NCBI GenBank assembly: GCA_013816805.1
Contig: JACDDS010000019.1
Span: 11,546 to 75,545, forward strand
From: Chitinophagales bacterium
GTDB lineage: Bacteria > Bacteroidota > Bacteroidia > Chitinophagales > UBA10324
Length of the DNA stretch: 64,000 nucleotides
Direction: 5' to 3'
Of the stretch, positions 22,084-31,760 are shown piece after piece. Under the pieces are notes generated by a model, which was given only the letters and a program-made list of their open reading frames with translations, was not told the origin of the DNA and made no database searches. Position 1 is the stretch's first letter; each line of letters begins with the position of its first letter. Both the position numbers and the translations under genes were made by a program.

Positions 22084-23673
22084 ATGGCTATGAAGACATG
22101 TGTGCTTTTTCTTTTCCTTAATATAATCGGAAATTTTGTTTTTTCACAAATTCCTCCAGCAATCACATGGCAGCACCCTTTAGGAGGAACGAATAATGAC
22201 ATTGCTTATTCGGTAATACAATCAGCAGATGGAGGGTTTGTAGTTGCCGGAAATTCAGCTTCGAACGATGGAGATATTCTAAGACCTGCAGATAACCTGC
22301 ATGGCGGTAATTATGATGAGTGGATCGTAAAGCTTGATGCCCAGTCAAATATTCTATGGAAAAGGCATACAGGCGGTGTAGGATCAGATGTTGCCATAAA
22401 AGTAATGCAGATGCGGGACGGAGGATATATTGTAGGAGGTAATTCAAGCTCATTTGATACAATAGGGAGCTATAGTAATTCGGATTACTGGCTTAACAAA
22501 TTAAATTCAGATGGGACTATAGCGTGGTCAAAGAATTATGGCGGTTCAGGTTATGATGATTTTGGTTCACTGGATACTACTTCAGACGGTGGATTGATAC
22601 TTTGCGGTGGCTCCTCATCTTTTGATAGAGATGTTACCGGGAACTATGGCGCCAGTGATTTCTGGCTTGTAAAAACGGATGGTCTGGGAAATATTCAATG
22701 GCAGAAAAATTACGGAGGTTCTGAATACGATAAAGCACAGTCGGTAAAGCAAACTGCTGACGGTGGCTATGTTGTAACAGGCTTTACCAGCTCAAATAAT
22801 ATAGATGTAACGGGTTTCCACGGAGTAACGGACGGTTGGCTGGTGAAGCTTAATGCAGTTGGTAACATATTTTGGGAGCAGTGCTATGGAGGCTCTCTGG
22901 ATGATTATGCGTATGATATATTGGTATTACCTGACAATAATTATATTTTTTGTGGATATACTTTTTCCAGCGATGGTGATGTTGTGGGAAACCATGGTTT
23001 GTTTGATGCCTGGGTAATGAAGATTGATCAGGCCGGAAAAATTTTGTGGCAGCGATGTTATGGAGGAGATTCCATTGACTATGTTTTGGCCATGGATAAA
23101 GTTTCTGATAATGGGTTTATCCTGGGAGGTTTTTCCACTTCCACTAATGGAGATTGTACATCAAACTACGGTGGTCAGGATTTCTGGATCTTAAGAATTG
23201 ATTCATTAGGATCACTCATGTGGCAAAAAAATTATGGAGGAACAGTGGATGATGTGTGCAACAGTGTATACACCTTAAAGGATGGAAATTACATAACAGC
23301 AGGTTATACTACATCAAACGATGGTGATGTAATTGGAAATCATACACCCTATAGCTATAAAGATTATTGGGTGGTACTGCTTGATGGAACAGTTGGTATT
23401 TCTTTTCCAGATAGCGCCAATAAATACGTAAATGGATTTCCGATGCCTGCTCAAAATTATTTTACATTAGACCTTAATAGAAGTCCATTGCCAGCAAATA
23501 AAAAAGTGGAAGTGCAAATCGTTGATTTGTTAGGAAAAGACATGATAAAAGATATGATTTCCGATAAAATGGTTACGGTAGACTGCAGCTCATGGCAAGC
23601 AGGAATTTATTTATACCGTCTGAAAACTGAAAACGATATTATTGCAAAAGGAAAAATATTAATCCAGAAATAA
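22084..23673 (+). CDS. secreted repeat protein with a T9SS C-terminal sorting domain
   Basis: Signal peptide, then 8-9 tandem ~48-50-aa repeats (DGGY.V.G.S.S.DGD..G..G..D.W..K.D..G...W.K.YGG). The C-terminal ~80 aa are T9SS type-A-like (FPMPAQNYFTLDL...GIYLYRLKTE). Confidence 0.8.
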   Translation: MAMKTCVLFLFLNIIGNFVFSQIPPAITWQHPLGGTNNDIAYSVIQSADGGFVVAGNSASNDGDILRPADNLHGGNYDEWIVKLDAQSNILWKRHTGGVGSDVAIKVMQMRDGGYIVGGNSSSFDTIGSYSNSDYWLNKLNSDGTIAWSKNYGGSGYDDFGSLDTTSDGGLILCGGSSSFDRDVTGNYGASDFWLVKTDGLGNIQWQKNYGGSEYDKAQSVKQTADGGYVVTGFTSSNNIDVTGFHGVTDGWLVKLNAVGNIFWEQCYGGSLDDYAYDILVLPDNNYIFCGYTFSSDGDVVGNHGLFDAWVMKIDQAGKILWQRCYGGDSIDYVLAMDKVSDNGFILGGFSTSTNGDCTSNYGGQDFWILRIDSLGSLMWQKNYGGTVDDVCNSVYTLKDGNYITAGYTTSNDGDVIGNHTPYSYKDYWVVLLDGTVGISFPDSANKYVNGFPMPAQNYFTLDLNRSPLPANKKVEVQIVDLLGKDMIKDMISDKMVTVDCSSWQAGIYLYRLKTENDIIAKGKILIQK

Positions 23674-23699
23674 CGATAAGAAATTATCCTGTACAAGCA

Positions 23700-23861
23700 T
23701 CATATAGCTCTCATAGCGCCTGCGAAAAAAGTACCTAAAAAAGGTAATGTTACCCAAAAAAACTCCGGTTTAAATATTAGGAAGCATATAAAACCTATTG
23801 CAGATATTATAGTTAAAATCCAATAAATGCCGGTTGGCGATTTTGGTTCCTTTTCAGTCAT
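23700..23861 (-). CDS. possible small membrane protein (53 aa)
   Basis: Hand translation gives MTEKEPKSPTGIYWILTIISAIGFICFLIFKPEFFWVTLPFLGTFFAGAMRAI*, with two hydrophobic helices. It falls below the 60-aa cut-off of the ORF track and has no homology support. Confidence 0.3.
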   Translation of the reverse strand: MTEKEPKSPTGIYWILTIISAIGFICFLIFKPEFFWVTLPFLGTFFAGAMRAI

Positions 23862-24009
23862 ACTTTAAGGATTTTCTGCGAAGATAAAGATTCCGGTTTA
23901 TAAAATAAATGATGCAGTTATAAATTAGATGAGGTTCATTTTCATTAGACGGTGTTATACTATTCTTATAATGCCCTTTTTTTTACTATGAATGAATATG
24001 GAATGATCT

Positions 24010-24885
24010 TTAAATTAAGGGCCTTAACCCACCGGTATGTACGGCGATTATAGTTAGAGGAGCAGGAAGGGAATTTTTCTTAATCAGATCGTAAATACCA
24101 TACATCATTTTACCGGTATAAACCGGATCCAATCTAACGTTATGATTTAATCTGAAATTTTCTATAAAAGATATTAATGTTTGATTTGTTTTGGCATAAC
24201 CTCCAAAATGGTAATTGTGATTAACACTCCAGTTATCGAACTTTTGTTTACAGGTATCAAAGACGAGTTCTTCTATACTATTTTCCAAATTAACCATTCC
24301 TTTCAACACCGAAAACCCAAGTACTTTTTCTTTACCTTGTAATCCTGTAATCAAGCCAGCAAGGGTGCCACCGGTACCGCATGGGCAGCAGATAAGATCA
24401 TAGCCTATATCTATTTCTGATATAATTTCTTCACACCCTTTAACAGCTAATAAATTGGTACCTCCTTCCGGTAACACATAAAAATCACCAACCTTGTTTT
24501 TCAGTTCAGCCAGGAAATTTCCCGCTTCTTTTAACCGGTACTGTTCCCTGGAAATAAAGCGCAGGTTCATTCCGCTGTCCTGTGCAAACTTCAGCGTATC
24601 ATTTAGAGAAGCATTGCGTTCGCCACGAATGATTCCTATCGTATTATATCCAAACATTTTACCTGCTGCTGCTACGGAAAAAATATGATTCGAATGAGCT
24701 CCTCCAAAAGTGAGCAGGGTATGCTGATGCAATCTCTTTGCCTCTTTTATATTGTATTTTAATTTTCTCCACTTGTTACCCGATACATAGGAATTAATAA
24801 GGTCATCCCGTTTTATGAAAAGGTGAATATCTCTTTTCTTCAAAAAGGTTTCCTCTATTTTTTGCAGGGGTGATGGAAGTGTCAT
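24010..24885 (-). CDS. PLP-dependent enzyme, ACC deaminase/D-cysteine desulfhydrase family
   Basis: The SGNKWRKL motif (PLP lysine region) and the glycine loop CPCGTGGTLAGL of fold-type II PLP enzymes. Confidence 0.85.
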   Translation of the reverse strand: MTLPSPLQKIEETFLKKRDIHLFIKRDDLINSYVSGNKWRKLKYNIKEAKRLHQHTLLTFGGAHSNHIFSVAAAGKMFGYNTIGIIRGERNASLNDTLKFAQDSGMNLRFISREQYRLKEAGNFLAELKNKVGDFYVLPEGGTNLLAVKGCEEIISEIDIGYDLICCPCGTGGTLAGLITGLQGKEKVLGFSVLKGMVNLENSIEELVFDTCKQKFDNWSVNHNYHFGGYAKTNQTLISFIENFRLNHNVRLDPVYTGKMMYGIYDLIKKNSLPAPLTIIAVHTGGLRPLI

Positions 24886-25035
24886 AATGAAATGAAGTAA
24901 TCTTTTGAGTGGGCCTCTTGTTATATTGATCCTTATCAGGGAGTTTTTTATTTAATATGCAGCAATTTCAGGAATAGCCGGTACCATTTCGGAACAATTT
25001 TTAAATTTACTTTGTAATTAAAGAAAATATTAAAA

Positions 25036-25422
25036 ATGATTACCAAAATCACAGAAGGCATTAAAATTTCTGTGGAAACCTTTTACCAGGATGAATATTC
25101 CCAGCCACTCAATAATGAATTTATGTTTGCATATCGAATCACCATTGAGAATGGCAGTGATCATACCATAAAGTTGCTTCGTCGCCATTGGTATATTTTC
25201 GATTCTCATGGGGTTACACGTGAAGTGGAAGGCGAGGGTGTAGTTGGATTACAGCCAGTGATCGAACCAGGCAAGTCGCACCAGTACATATCAGGTTCCC
25301 ATTTGAAAACCGAAATAGGTAAAATGTATGGGACTTATCTTATGGAAAAAGTAATAGATGGAAAAAAATTCAAAGTCAACATTCCTGATTTTCAATTAAT
25401 TGCTCCTTTCAAGCTTAATTAG
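25036..25422 (+). CDS. apaG: ApaG protein
   Basis: 128 aa. FAYRITIENGSDHTIKLLRRHWYIFDSHG...VEGEGVVGLQPVIEPG is the characteristic ApaG/DUF525 core. Confidence 0.9.
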   Translation: MITKITEGIKISVETFYQDEYSQPLNNEFMFAYRITIENGSDHTIKLLRRHWYIFDSHGVTREVEGEGVVGLQPVIEPGKSHQYISGSHLKTEIGKMYGTYLMEKVIDGKKFKVNIPDFQLIAPFKLN

Positions 25423-25581
25423 TTATGCTCGGACATAAAGGATATATATTAGACCCTCATATCGGTTATAGGTTATTCAAAGAATAATTCCGGTTTTTAG
25501 CACTCTTTTTACTGTTGCCTTTCCTCCATCAAAGCTAACCGTTCGTGTTATATCTTTGCCCGCTTTGGAAATAACCTCTTT

Positions 25582-26535
25582 GTGAAAGTCATCGAATATA
25601 TTCAACGATCCAATGCTACCATGGTATCGTTTGAAATACTTCCTCCAATGAAAGGAAGGAGCATTCAATCCATTTACGATACTTTGGATCCGTTAATGGA
25701 GTTTAAGCCGCCTTTTATTAATGTTACTTATCATCGCGCTGAATACATATACAAGCGAAACCGGGAAGGCCTATTTGAAAAGACTATAATCCGAAAGCGA
25801 CCCGGTACTGTCGGTATCTGTGCAGCTATTGTAAACAAATATCATGTAGATGCTGTGCCTCATATGGTCTGTGGTGGGTTCACAAAAGGTGAAACCGAGG
25901 ATGCATTAATTGATCTGGCTTTTCTGGGTATCGACAATATATTAATTATCAGGGGCGATCCAAACAGGAATGAAAATTCCTTTGATCCTGAACCGGGTGG
26001 CCATGCACATGCTATAGATCTGATGAAGCAGGCCGTTAACATGAACCGCGGAATTTTTCTGGAAGAAGACCTTTCCGATGTCTCACCTACCAACTTTTGC
26101 ATTGGCGTAGCAGGATATCCTGAAAAGCATTATGAAGCACCTAATATGAAAATGGATTTAAAGTATCTCAAAGAAAAGGTAGATGCAGGGGCACAATACG
26201 TGATCACACAGATGTTTTTTGACAATAATAAGTTCTTTGAGTTTGTAAACAGATGTCGCGAAATTGGAATCGAAGTACCCATTATTCCGGGTATAAAGCC
26301 CATAACTTCAAAAAAGCAGGTAAATACTTTACCAAGGTTGTTTCATGTAGAAGTGCCTGAAGAACTGGCAACGGAGCTTGAAACTACAATAACAGATGAA
26401 GCAGCCCGTAAAGTAGGTATTGAATGGTGCATTCAGCAGTGCAGGGAGTTAGTTAAAGCAAATGTCCCGCTGTTGCACTTTTACACCATGAGTAATCCGG
26501 CACCTGTAAAAGCAGTGGTAAGCAACGTATTCTGA
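25582..26535 (+). CDS. metF: 5,10-methylenetetrahydrofolate reductase
   Basis: SFEILPP...INVTYH...QMFFDN motifs of MetF. GTG start. Confidence 0.9.
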   Translation: MKVIEYIQRSNATMVSFEILPPMKGRSIQSIYDTLDPLMEFKPPFINVTYHRAEYIYKRNREGLFEKTIIRKRPGTVGICAAIVNKYHVDAVPHMVCGGFTKGETEDALIDLAFLGIDNILIIRGDPNRNENSFDPEPGGHAHAIDLMKQAVNMNRGIFLEEDLSDVSPTNFCIGVAGYPEKHYEAPNMKMDLKYLKEKVDAGAQYVITQMFFDNNKFFEFVNRCREIGIEVPIIPGIKPITSKKQVNTLPRLFHVEVPEELATELETTITDEAARKVGIEWCIQQCRELVKANVPLLHFYTMSNPAPVKAVVSNVF

Positions 26536-26536
26536 T

Positions 26537-27160
26537 TTACGTAATCAAGATAATTTCACCTAGAGAATGGATGGAAGGATTATAATGAAAAGTTTTCAAT
26601 CCTACTTTTTTTGCACCTTCTATGTGCTGCAGGCTGTCATCAATGAACAGGGTTTCTGATGGATTAAGATTATTATCGTTGAGCACTTTTAAAAAGATTT
26701 CAGGACCGGGCTTACGCAATCCAATTTCACATGAATAATAGGTTTCGTCAAAATATTCAGTGAGGTTTTCTTTTCGATGCGATTTTATTAAATAATCAGA
26801 GATACTTTTTAAATGAATAGCATTGGTATTGCTTAATAAAAAAGTACGGTATTGCTTTTTTAATTCCTTTAAAACCTCAAATTTTTGCTGCTTAATGCCA
26901 ATCAGCATAGCATTCCAGGCAAAATCAATTTCTTTATCAGAAAGTTTGGTGTTCAATAGTTGGTTTAGTTGTGCATGAAAATCAGTATTTGATATTCTGC
27001 CTGTATCCAGGTCATCAAAAAGCCGGGTCTGTTTTATTTGTGTAAAATGTGCGTCCAAATTTTCTACTCCTAATTTTTTAAATTGAATTTTGGTGCGATT
27101 GTAATCCAGATCAATAATTACTCCCCCATAATCAAAAATGAGGTTTTTAATTGTCTCCAT
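26537..27160 (-). CDS. HAD-superfamily hydrolase
   Basis: N-terminal IFDYGGVIIDL (HAD motif I-like), LLSNTN (motif II) and FIDDS (motif IV). Confidence 0.75.
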   Translation of the reverse strand: METIKNLIFDYGGVIIDLDYNRTKIQFKKLGVENLDAHFTQIKQTRLFDDLDTGRISNTDFHAQLNQLLNTKLSDKEIDFAWNAMLIGIKQQKFEVLKELKKQYRTFLLSNTNAIHLKSISDYLIKSHRKENLTEYFDETYYSCEIGLRKPGPEIFLKVLNDNNLNPSETLFIDDSLQHIEGAKKVGLKTFHYNPSIHSLGEIILIT

Positions 27161-27318
27161 TTTTACGTCTAGTTTAATAATTGATACTAAAGAATTAAAT
27201 AGCTACATCGTTAAAAAAATACTGTTTTAATTCGTTTCATATAATAAAATTTTATTCAGTTTAGGAACTATTTTGCCCGATATAATAAATACATTGCATC
27301 AGACTTGCAGTATTTCCC

Positions 27319-28098
27319 ATGGCTCTTCAGCTTAATGATAAAAATCCATTGGTAAAAAAGTGGCAGCAGTTTTTAAACCTGCAAGGTTTTAATTGTGGTG
27401 AACCATCAGGAAATTTTGATCAGAAAACCTTTACAGCTACAAAAAATTTTCAACAATATTATAATATTCAGCAAACAGGTGAAGCTGGAAGTATTACACT
27501 TGGTAAAGCGCATCAACTTGGTTTTAACCCTGAAAAAGAACCGGGTAACGATCAGATAAAATCAGATAAGGAGCTTTTGCAGTGGATTAAAGCAAATCTT
27601 TCCGGTATTATGAAGCAGGCGGTGTCCGGTATGCCTTATACGGAAGACTGGCTGGCAGGAATGTGTGCACGGGAAACAGGATTTAAAATAGTTTCTTATA
27701 TTAACCAGGGGCACGATTTTAATTTTATCTGTACGAACATGAAAGGTGATTATGGTCAGCGTAAAGGTGACCCGGGGCCAATTTATCACGGCTATGGTTT
27801 TTGGCAAATAGATATTGCATCTTATCCTGATTTTGTTGCGTCAGGAGCCTGGCAGGATCCTTTAGCCACTGCAAAGCAAGCAGTAGCCGTTTTGAATGAG
27901 AAAAGAAATTTTTTGGAGTATGTTGAAAAGCAACTTTCACCCATTGATTTTGAACGTGCTGTTACGGCTGCCTATAATTGCGGGCAAGGTAATGTGATGA
28001 AAGCGATCCATAATAAATCAGATTTCGATTGCTACACCTATCACGGAGACTATTCACAGGAAGTGTTTCGCTATCGGGGGATATACAGGATGTTATAG
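27319..28098 (+). CDS. peptidoglycan-binding domain protein with a GH23 (SLT/goose-lysozyme-like) muramidase domain
   Basis: The N-terminal VKKWQQFLNLQGFNCGEPSGNFDQKTFTATKNFQ matches a PG_binding_1 repeat. The C-terminal half carries CARETGF, GYGFWQID and AAYNCGQGNV, which resemble the E-S/T, GLMQ and AYNAG motifs of lytic transglycosylases. No signal peptide is visible. Confidence 0.7.
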   Translation: MALQLNDKNPLVKKWQQFLNLQGFNCGEPSGNFDQKTFTATKNFQQYYNIQQTGEAGSITLGKAHQLGFNPEKEPGNDQIKSDKELLQWIKANLSGIMKQAVSGMPYTEDWLAGMCARETGFKIVSYINQGHDFNFICTNMKGDYGQRKGDPGPIYHGYGFWQIDIASYPDFVASGAWQDPLATAKQAVAVLNEKRNFLEYVEKQLSPIDFERAVTAAYNCGQGNVMKAIHNKSDFDCYTYHGDYSQEVFRYRGIYRML

Positions 28099-28225
28099 AT
28101 GAAAGGATTATTGCTTAAGCTTTTGCAATACCTGATCAGGCATTAACTAATCTTTAAAACGCCAAAGCGGTTTCGTAAAATCTTATAACTGTCTTAAATT
28201 GCGCTCTTTTCAAAAAATTTTATTC

Positions 28226-28299
28226 GGGCCCATAGCTCAGTTGGTTAGAGCGTCGGACTCATAATCCGCAGGTCCCAGGTTCAAGTCCTGGTGGGCCCA
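28226..28299 (+). tRNA. tRNA with anticodon CAU (elongator Met or lysidine-modified Ile2)
   Basis: A manual cloverleaf fits: acceptor GGGCCCA/TGGGCCC, D-arm GCTC-AGTTGGTTA-GAGC, anticodon loop CTCATAA (CAT at 28260-28262), T-arm CCAGG-TTCAAGT-CCTGG, discriminator A. The G1-C72 pair rules out an initiator. The C4,C5 acceptor bases and the T-arm resemble E. coli ileX, so Ile2 remains possible. Confidence 0.9.
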
Positions 28300-28413
28300 C
28301 TTAAAGGTTTTTATCTTTTCTGTTTTGTATACACACAATTGCCATTTCTCTTCATAGTTACAGGCTGCAAATAAATATGCAGATCTCTCTGCTCAAATCT
28401 TTTCCTTTATAAT

Positions 28414-29103
28414 ATGAAAACAGTAATAATAACAGGTGCCAGTGGAAACTTAGGTACTGCGGTAGTAGATAAATTTTTGTTGAAAGGTTATCAGGTGATA
28501 GCCACCGTTTCAAATGAGAGCGCAATAAATTCTATTTCCCATAATGATAATCTTGATATATCAGCCGTGAATCTGGCTAATGAATCAGAAACTTCGGAGT
28601 TTGTTGAAAGAATCATTCAGAAATACCATTTAATCGATGCTGCGCTATTGCTTGCAGGAGGATTTGCATCAGGAGCTCTTGAGAAAACGAGTGGCACGGA
28701 TCTGATGAAACAATACTCTTTAAATTTTGAAACTGGTTATTATGTGGCGAAACCGCTTTTCAACCATATGATGAAGCAGGGTAGGGGGAAGATTATTTTC
28801 GTAGGATCCCGTTCGGCCATAAAAGCCTCTGAAGGGAAATCCAATATAGCGTATGCACTTAGCAAAAGCTTACTCTTTAATCTTACTGAATTAATGAACG
28901 CAACTGCTAAAGGAAAAAATGTAACTGCTACTATAATTGTTCCCAGCACCATTGATACACCTGCTAACCGTAAAAGCATGCCTAATGCTGAATTTAACAA
29001 TTGGGTAAAGCCTCAACAGATTGCAGATGTTATGGAGATGATTTGCTCTGAAACAGGAGATTCTTTGAGAGAGACAGTTTTGAAAATTTATGGAAACGCC
29101 TGA
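28414..29103 (+). CDS. SDR-family oxidoreductase
   Basis: TGASGNLG cofactor motif and catalytic YALSK (YxxxK). Confidence 0.85.
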   Translation: MKTVIITGASGNLGTAVVDKFLLKGYQVIATVSNESAINSISHNDNLDISAVNLANESETSEFVERIIQKYHLIDAALLLAGGFASGALEKTSGTDLMKQYSLNFETGYYVAKPLFNHMMKQGRGKIIFVGSRSAIKASEGKSNIAYALSKSLLFNLTELMNATAKGKNVTATIIVPSTIDTPANRKSMPNAEFNNWVKPQQIADVMEMICSETGDSLRETVLKIYGNA

Positions 29104-29193
29104 AACATCCAAGGTATTTAAGCTATCAGAACACTTGCTGAATCAGATGCCTATAGTCCAACGCAAGGATATCCATTTATAGAAATGATACAC

Positions 29194-29874
29194 TTAATTT
29201 AGCACGAAGCGATAAGTTGTTTCTATACCAGCAGCTTTCAAATGCAGAAAAAAAATTCCTTTATGGTTTTGTAAATTCAAGCCATAATCGGAAGGTGAAG
29301 ATCCTTTGTTAAAGTTTTGCACTAGTATTCTTTGACCCAGGATATCATAGACGCTAATGGCTGAAGTGTTATCTGGCAGGTTATTAATAAAAACAGTTCC
29401 CTTTATGCAAAGTAGCTGCGGAGGCAATGGATTGTGATTATCTATACCAGAAGCAGTGCAGTTACCAATAAGCCCGCCGCACATTCCGCCTCCCCAAAAA
29501 TGATCATAAGTGATACAGTGAATCAGCACCCAGCTATAATCGGCAATATTTACATTGGAGGGAACAATATAAGATTGTGCACCGGTTGTATTTTGAAGAA
29601 TTCCAATTTCGAGCTTATCCGGATTATTATCATTCGGCGCTGTAAATGTTTTCGAAAGAAAAACGTGAACATCAGGCCCGCCTGCGGTATTAAAATTACT
29701 ATCGAACCGTACTATTAATTGTCCGTTTTCATCTTCGCTTATAGAACCAGTACCATAAATATCGTAGCCGCCGGGGGCCATTAAAAAGCTATCGATATTT
29801 CGGTAACATTCCTGTGCAAAAACAAGATAACAGCTAACCATTAATATTATCATTATCAAAAAGCCTTTTTTCAT
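29194..29874 (-). CDS. secreted DM13-like domain protein with a T9SS C-terminal sorting domain
   Basis: Signal peptide. GSISEDENGQLIVRFDSNFNTAGGPDVHVFLS resembles the DM13 domain. The C-terminal VYDILGQRILVQNF...GIFFLHLKAAG is T9SS-CTD-like. Confidence 0.6.
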   Translation of the reverse strand: MKKGFLIMIILMVSCYLVFAQECYRNIDSFLMAPGGYDIYGTGSISEDENGQLIVRFDSNFNTAGGPDVHVFLSKTFTAPNDNNPDKLEIGILQNTTGAQSYIVPSNVNIADYSWVLIHCITYDHFWGGGMCGGLIGNCTASGIDNHNPLPPQLLCIKGTVFINNLPDNTSAISVYDILGQRILVQNFNKGSSPSDYGLNLQNHKGIFFLHLKAAGIETTYRFVLN

Positions 29875-30058
29875 CCTCTTAATTTACTTTAAAGATAGTT
29901 CTAATAAAGTGATCGCTTCATCTTAGAATTGCTTGCAATGTTCGCATTACAATATTTTTAAACTGACGATCAGTTTACCGGAAGGATATTTCATGATAAT
30001 AAATTAGAAAGGTCCAGTGTTTTAATATTGACCTGAAATTCCGATGCAGACTAAAATT

Positions 30059-30721
30059 TCAGTTGCCCAGTAATATACTTCTCAGTTCCACCTGATTTTC
30101 AGTGGAATCAAATATGGCGTTAACCGGTGTTTTAAATCCCGTGATAGCACGGGAAACAATTGTACCTTTTGTGTCCTTAAAATTTAATTGATAATTTTTA
30201 TTGGATAGGAAATACTGCTCAATTAATAGTTTAGAGGGATCTACTAACCAATATTCATCCACTCCGTGATGAGCATAATCTTCAAATTTCACCCCGCGAT
30301 CAATCGATTCCGTAGAACGTGAGAGCACTTCCACAATCAGATCTGGTGCGGGGAACTTTAATTGTTCCGGCTTTATATTGTTGGCCTTTGCAGAAGTGTA
30401 AAAAATTATATCCGGCTCATAATCATTACGTGTCAGCGTAACCAATGCTTTTTCAAAAAATATTTCCCCTAATTTTTGCTTATGCACATAATTACGCATG
30501 AGGTTTACAAGATTAGCTACTATCGATGTATGGAAGGCTGTCGCCGGTGATTGCATAATAACGTTACCATTTATAAATTCCGCTTTATCATCCTCGCTTA
30601 TAGACTCATAAAAAGCATATCTTTTATCGCGTTCTTCAAATAAACGATTCTGCAATTCCGCAACATACTCATTCAGCTTTGGAGAATTTATTAACGGTTC
30701 GAGTATGGACTCCATGCTCAA
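30059..30721 (-). CDS. Uma2-family (DUF820) endonuclease-fold protein
   Basis: PDLIVEVLS and DEYWLVDP motifs typical of Uma2/PD-(D/E)xK proteins. Confidence 0.8.
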   Translation of the reverse strand: MSMESILEPLINSPKLNEYVAELQNRLFEERDKRYAFYESISEDDKAEFINGNVIMQSPATAFHTSIVANLVNLMRNYVHKQKLGEIFFEKALVTLTRNDYEPDIIFYTSAKANNIKPEQLKFPAPDLIVEVLSRSTESIDRGVKFEDYAHHGVDEYWLVDPSKLLIEQYFLSNKNYQLNFKDTKGTIVSRAITGFKTPVNAIFDSTENQVELRSILLGN

Positions 30722-30914
30722 TATTTTTTTACAAATCTAACGAAATGGTCCCGGATTGCGGGTTTCTTATTACCTTTTAAGCTCTTGTTTTTAGGAAGAA
30801 TAGTAGTTTCTGTAATCCGAACTTTAATTCAGAGTTTTCGTTAGTACCACGTATCAACCATGTACAGCAAGTAAACTGATTGTATAATTTTTTAACTTTA
30901 ATATATTCCATAGT

Positions 30915-31664
30915 ATGAAAGCATCCTTCATTTCAATTTTATCGTTGACAGTGGTTTTACTTTTCTCCGGCTCCTCTTTACCCTCTTCCTTCGAACCAAT
31001 TGCAGTTATTGAGCTTTTTACCTCGCAGGGGTGCTCCAGTTGCCCTCCGGCGGATGAGCTGCTATCGGCAACAATTTCAGATGCTCAAAAAGATGGCAGA
31101 AAGATTTTTGCTCTCGAATTTCATGTGGATTATTGGAATCGTTTAGGCTGGGCCGATCCTTTCAGTGATAAATCATTTTCAGAACGTCAAAGTACCTATT
31201 CAAGATTCATGCATCTTCAAAATATCTATACACCGCAAATGGTTGTGAATGGAACACATGAATTTGTGGGCTCCGATGATGATAGGTTAGGTGTTTCATT
31301 AGCTGAAGCAATGAAAGTAAATGCCGCTGCAGCTTTTAAAAGATTGAATGCAGCACGCAATGGAAACCAAATTGAGGTGCAATACGAACTCGATGGTGAT
31401 TACACGAATTGTAAGATCAATGTTGCCCTTGTATCATTGAAGGAATCTACTCCTGTAAAGCGCGGAGAAAATGGGGGCCGGACATTGCATAACGCAAACG
31501 TGGTGCGTCAATTTACTTCGATGAAGGCTGAAAATACAGGTATAATCCATTTAACCGGTTCCTTGCCTGAAGATGCAAATACTTCAATTATTGCCTTTGT
31601 ACAGAATAATACGGATATGAAAATAACCGGAGCGGCATCTGCTGTATTCGCTAAATCTGAATAA
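30915..31664 (+). CDS. DUF1223 family protein (thioredoxin-like, secreted)
   Basis: Signal peptide and the hallmark ELFTSQGCSSCPPAD. Confidence 0.8.
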   Translation: MKASFISILSLTVVLLFSGSSLPSSFEPIAVIELFTSQGCSSCPPADELLSATISDAQKDGRKIFALEFHVDYWNRLGWADPFSDKSFSERQSTYSRFMHLQNIYTPQMVVNGTHEFVGSDDDRLGVSLAEAMKVNAAAAFKRLNAARNGNQIEVQYELDGDYTNCKINVALVSLKESTPVKRGENGGRTLHNANVVRQFTSMKAENTGIIHLTGSLPEDANTSIIAFVQNNTDMKITGAASAVFAKSE

Positions 31665-31760
31665 GCATTAATACGATTCCTTGAATGCTATGGAAATCGT
31701 AATTCTGATATTACAGGGATAATTCCGCGTAACAATTATAAAATATTTTAATATTACGGG

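Noticed and set aside
25423-25581. A possible SAM-responsive leader upstream of metF. An AAAGCT element and T-rich tract at about 25530-25545 reminded me of SAM-II riboswitches.
   Set aside because: I could not build the pseudoknot or consensus pairing by eye, and I do not trust my memory of the consensus. An Infernal scan with Rfam SAM-II/SAM-I/IV models is needed before any claim.
25477-25668. A 63-aa minus-strand ORF overlapping the metF start. Similar short antisense ORFs lie inside long genes (e.g. 37518..37820, 54181..54495, 41867..42280, 13052..13421).
   Set aside because: All are embedded in, or overlap, well-supported genes on the other strand and have no recognisable motifs. I treat them as non-coding shadows.
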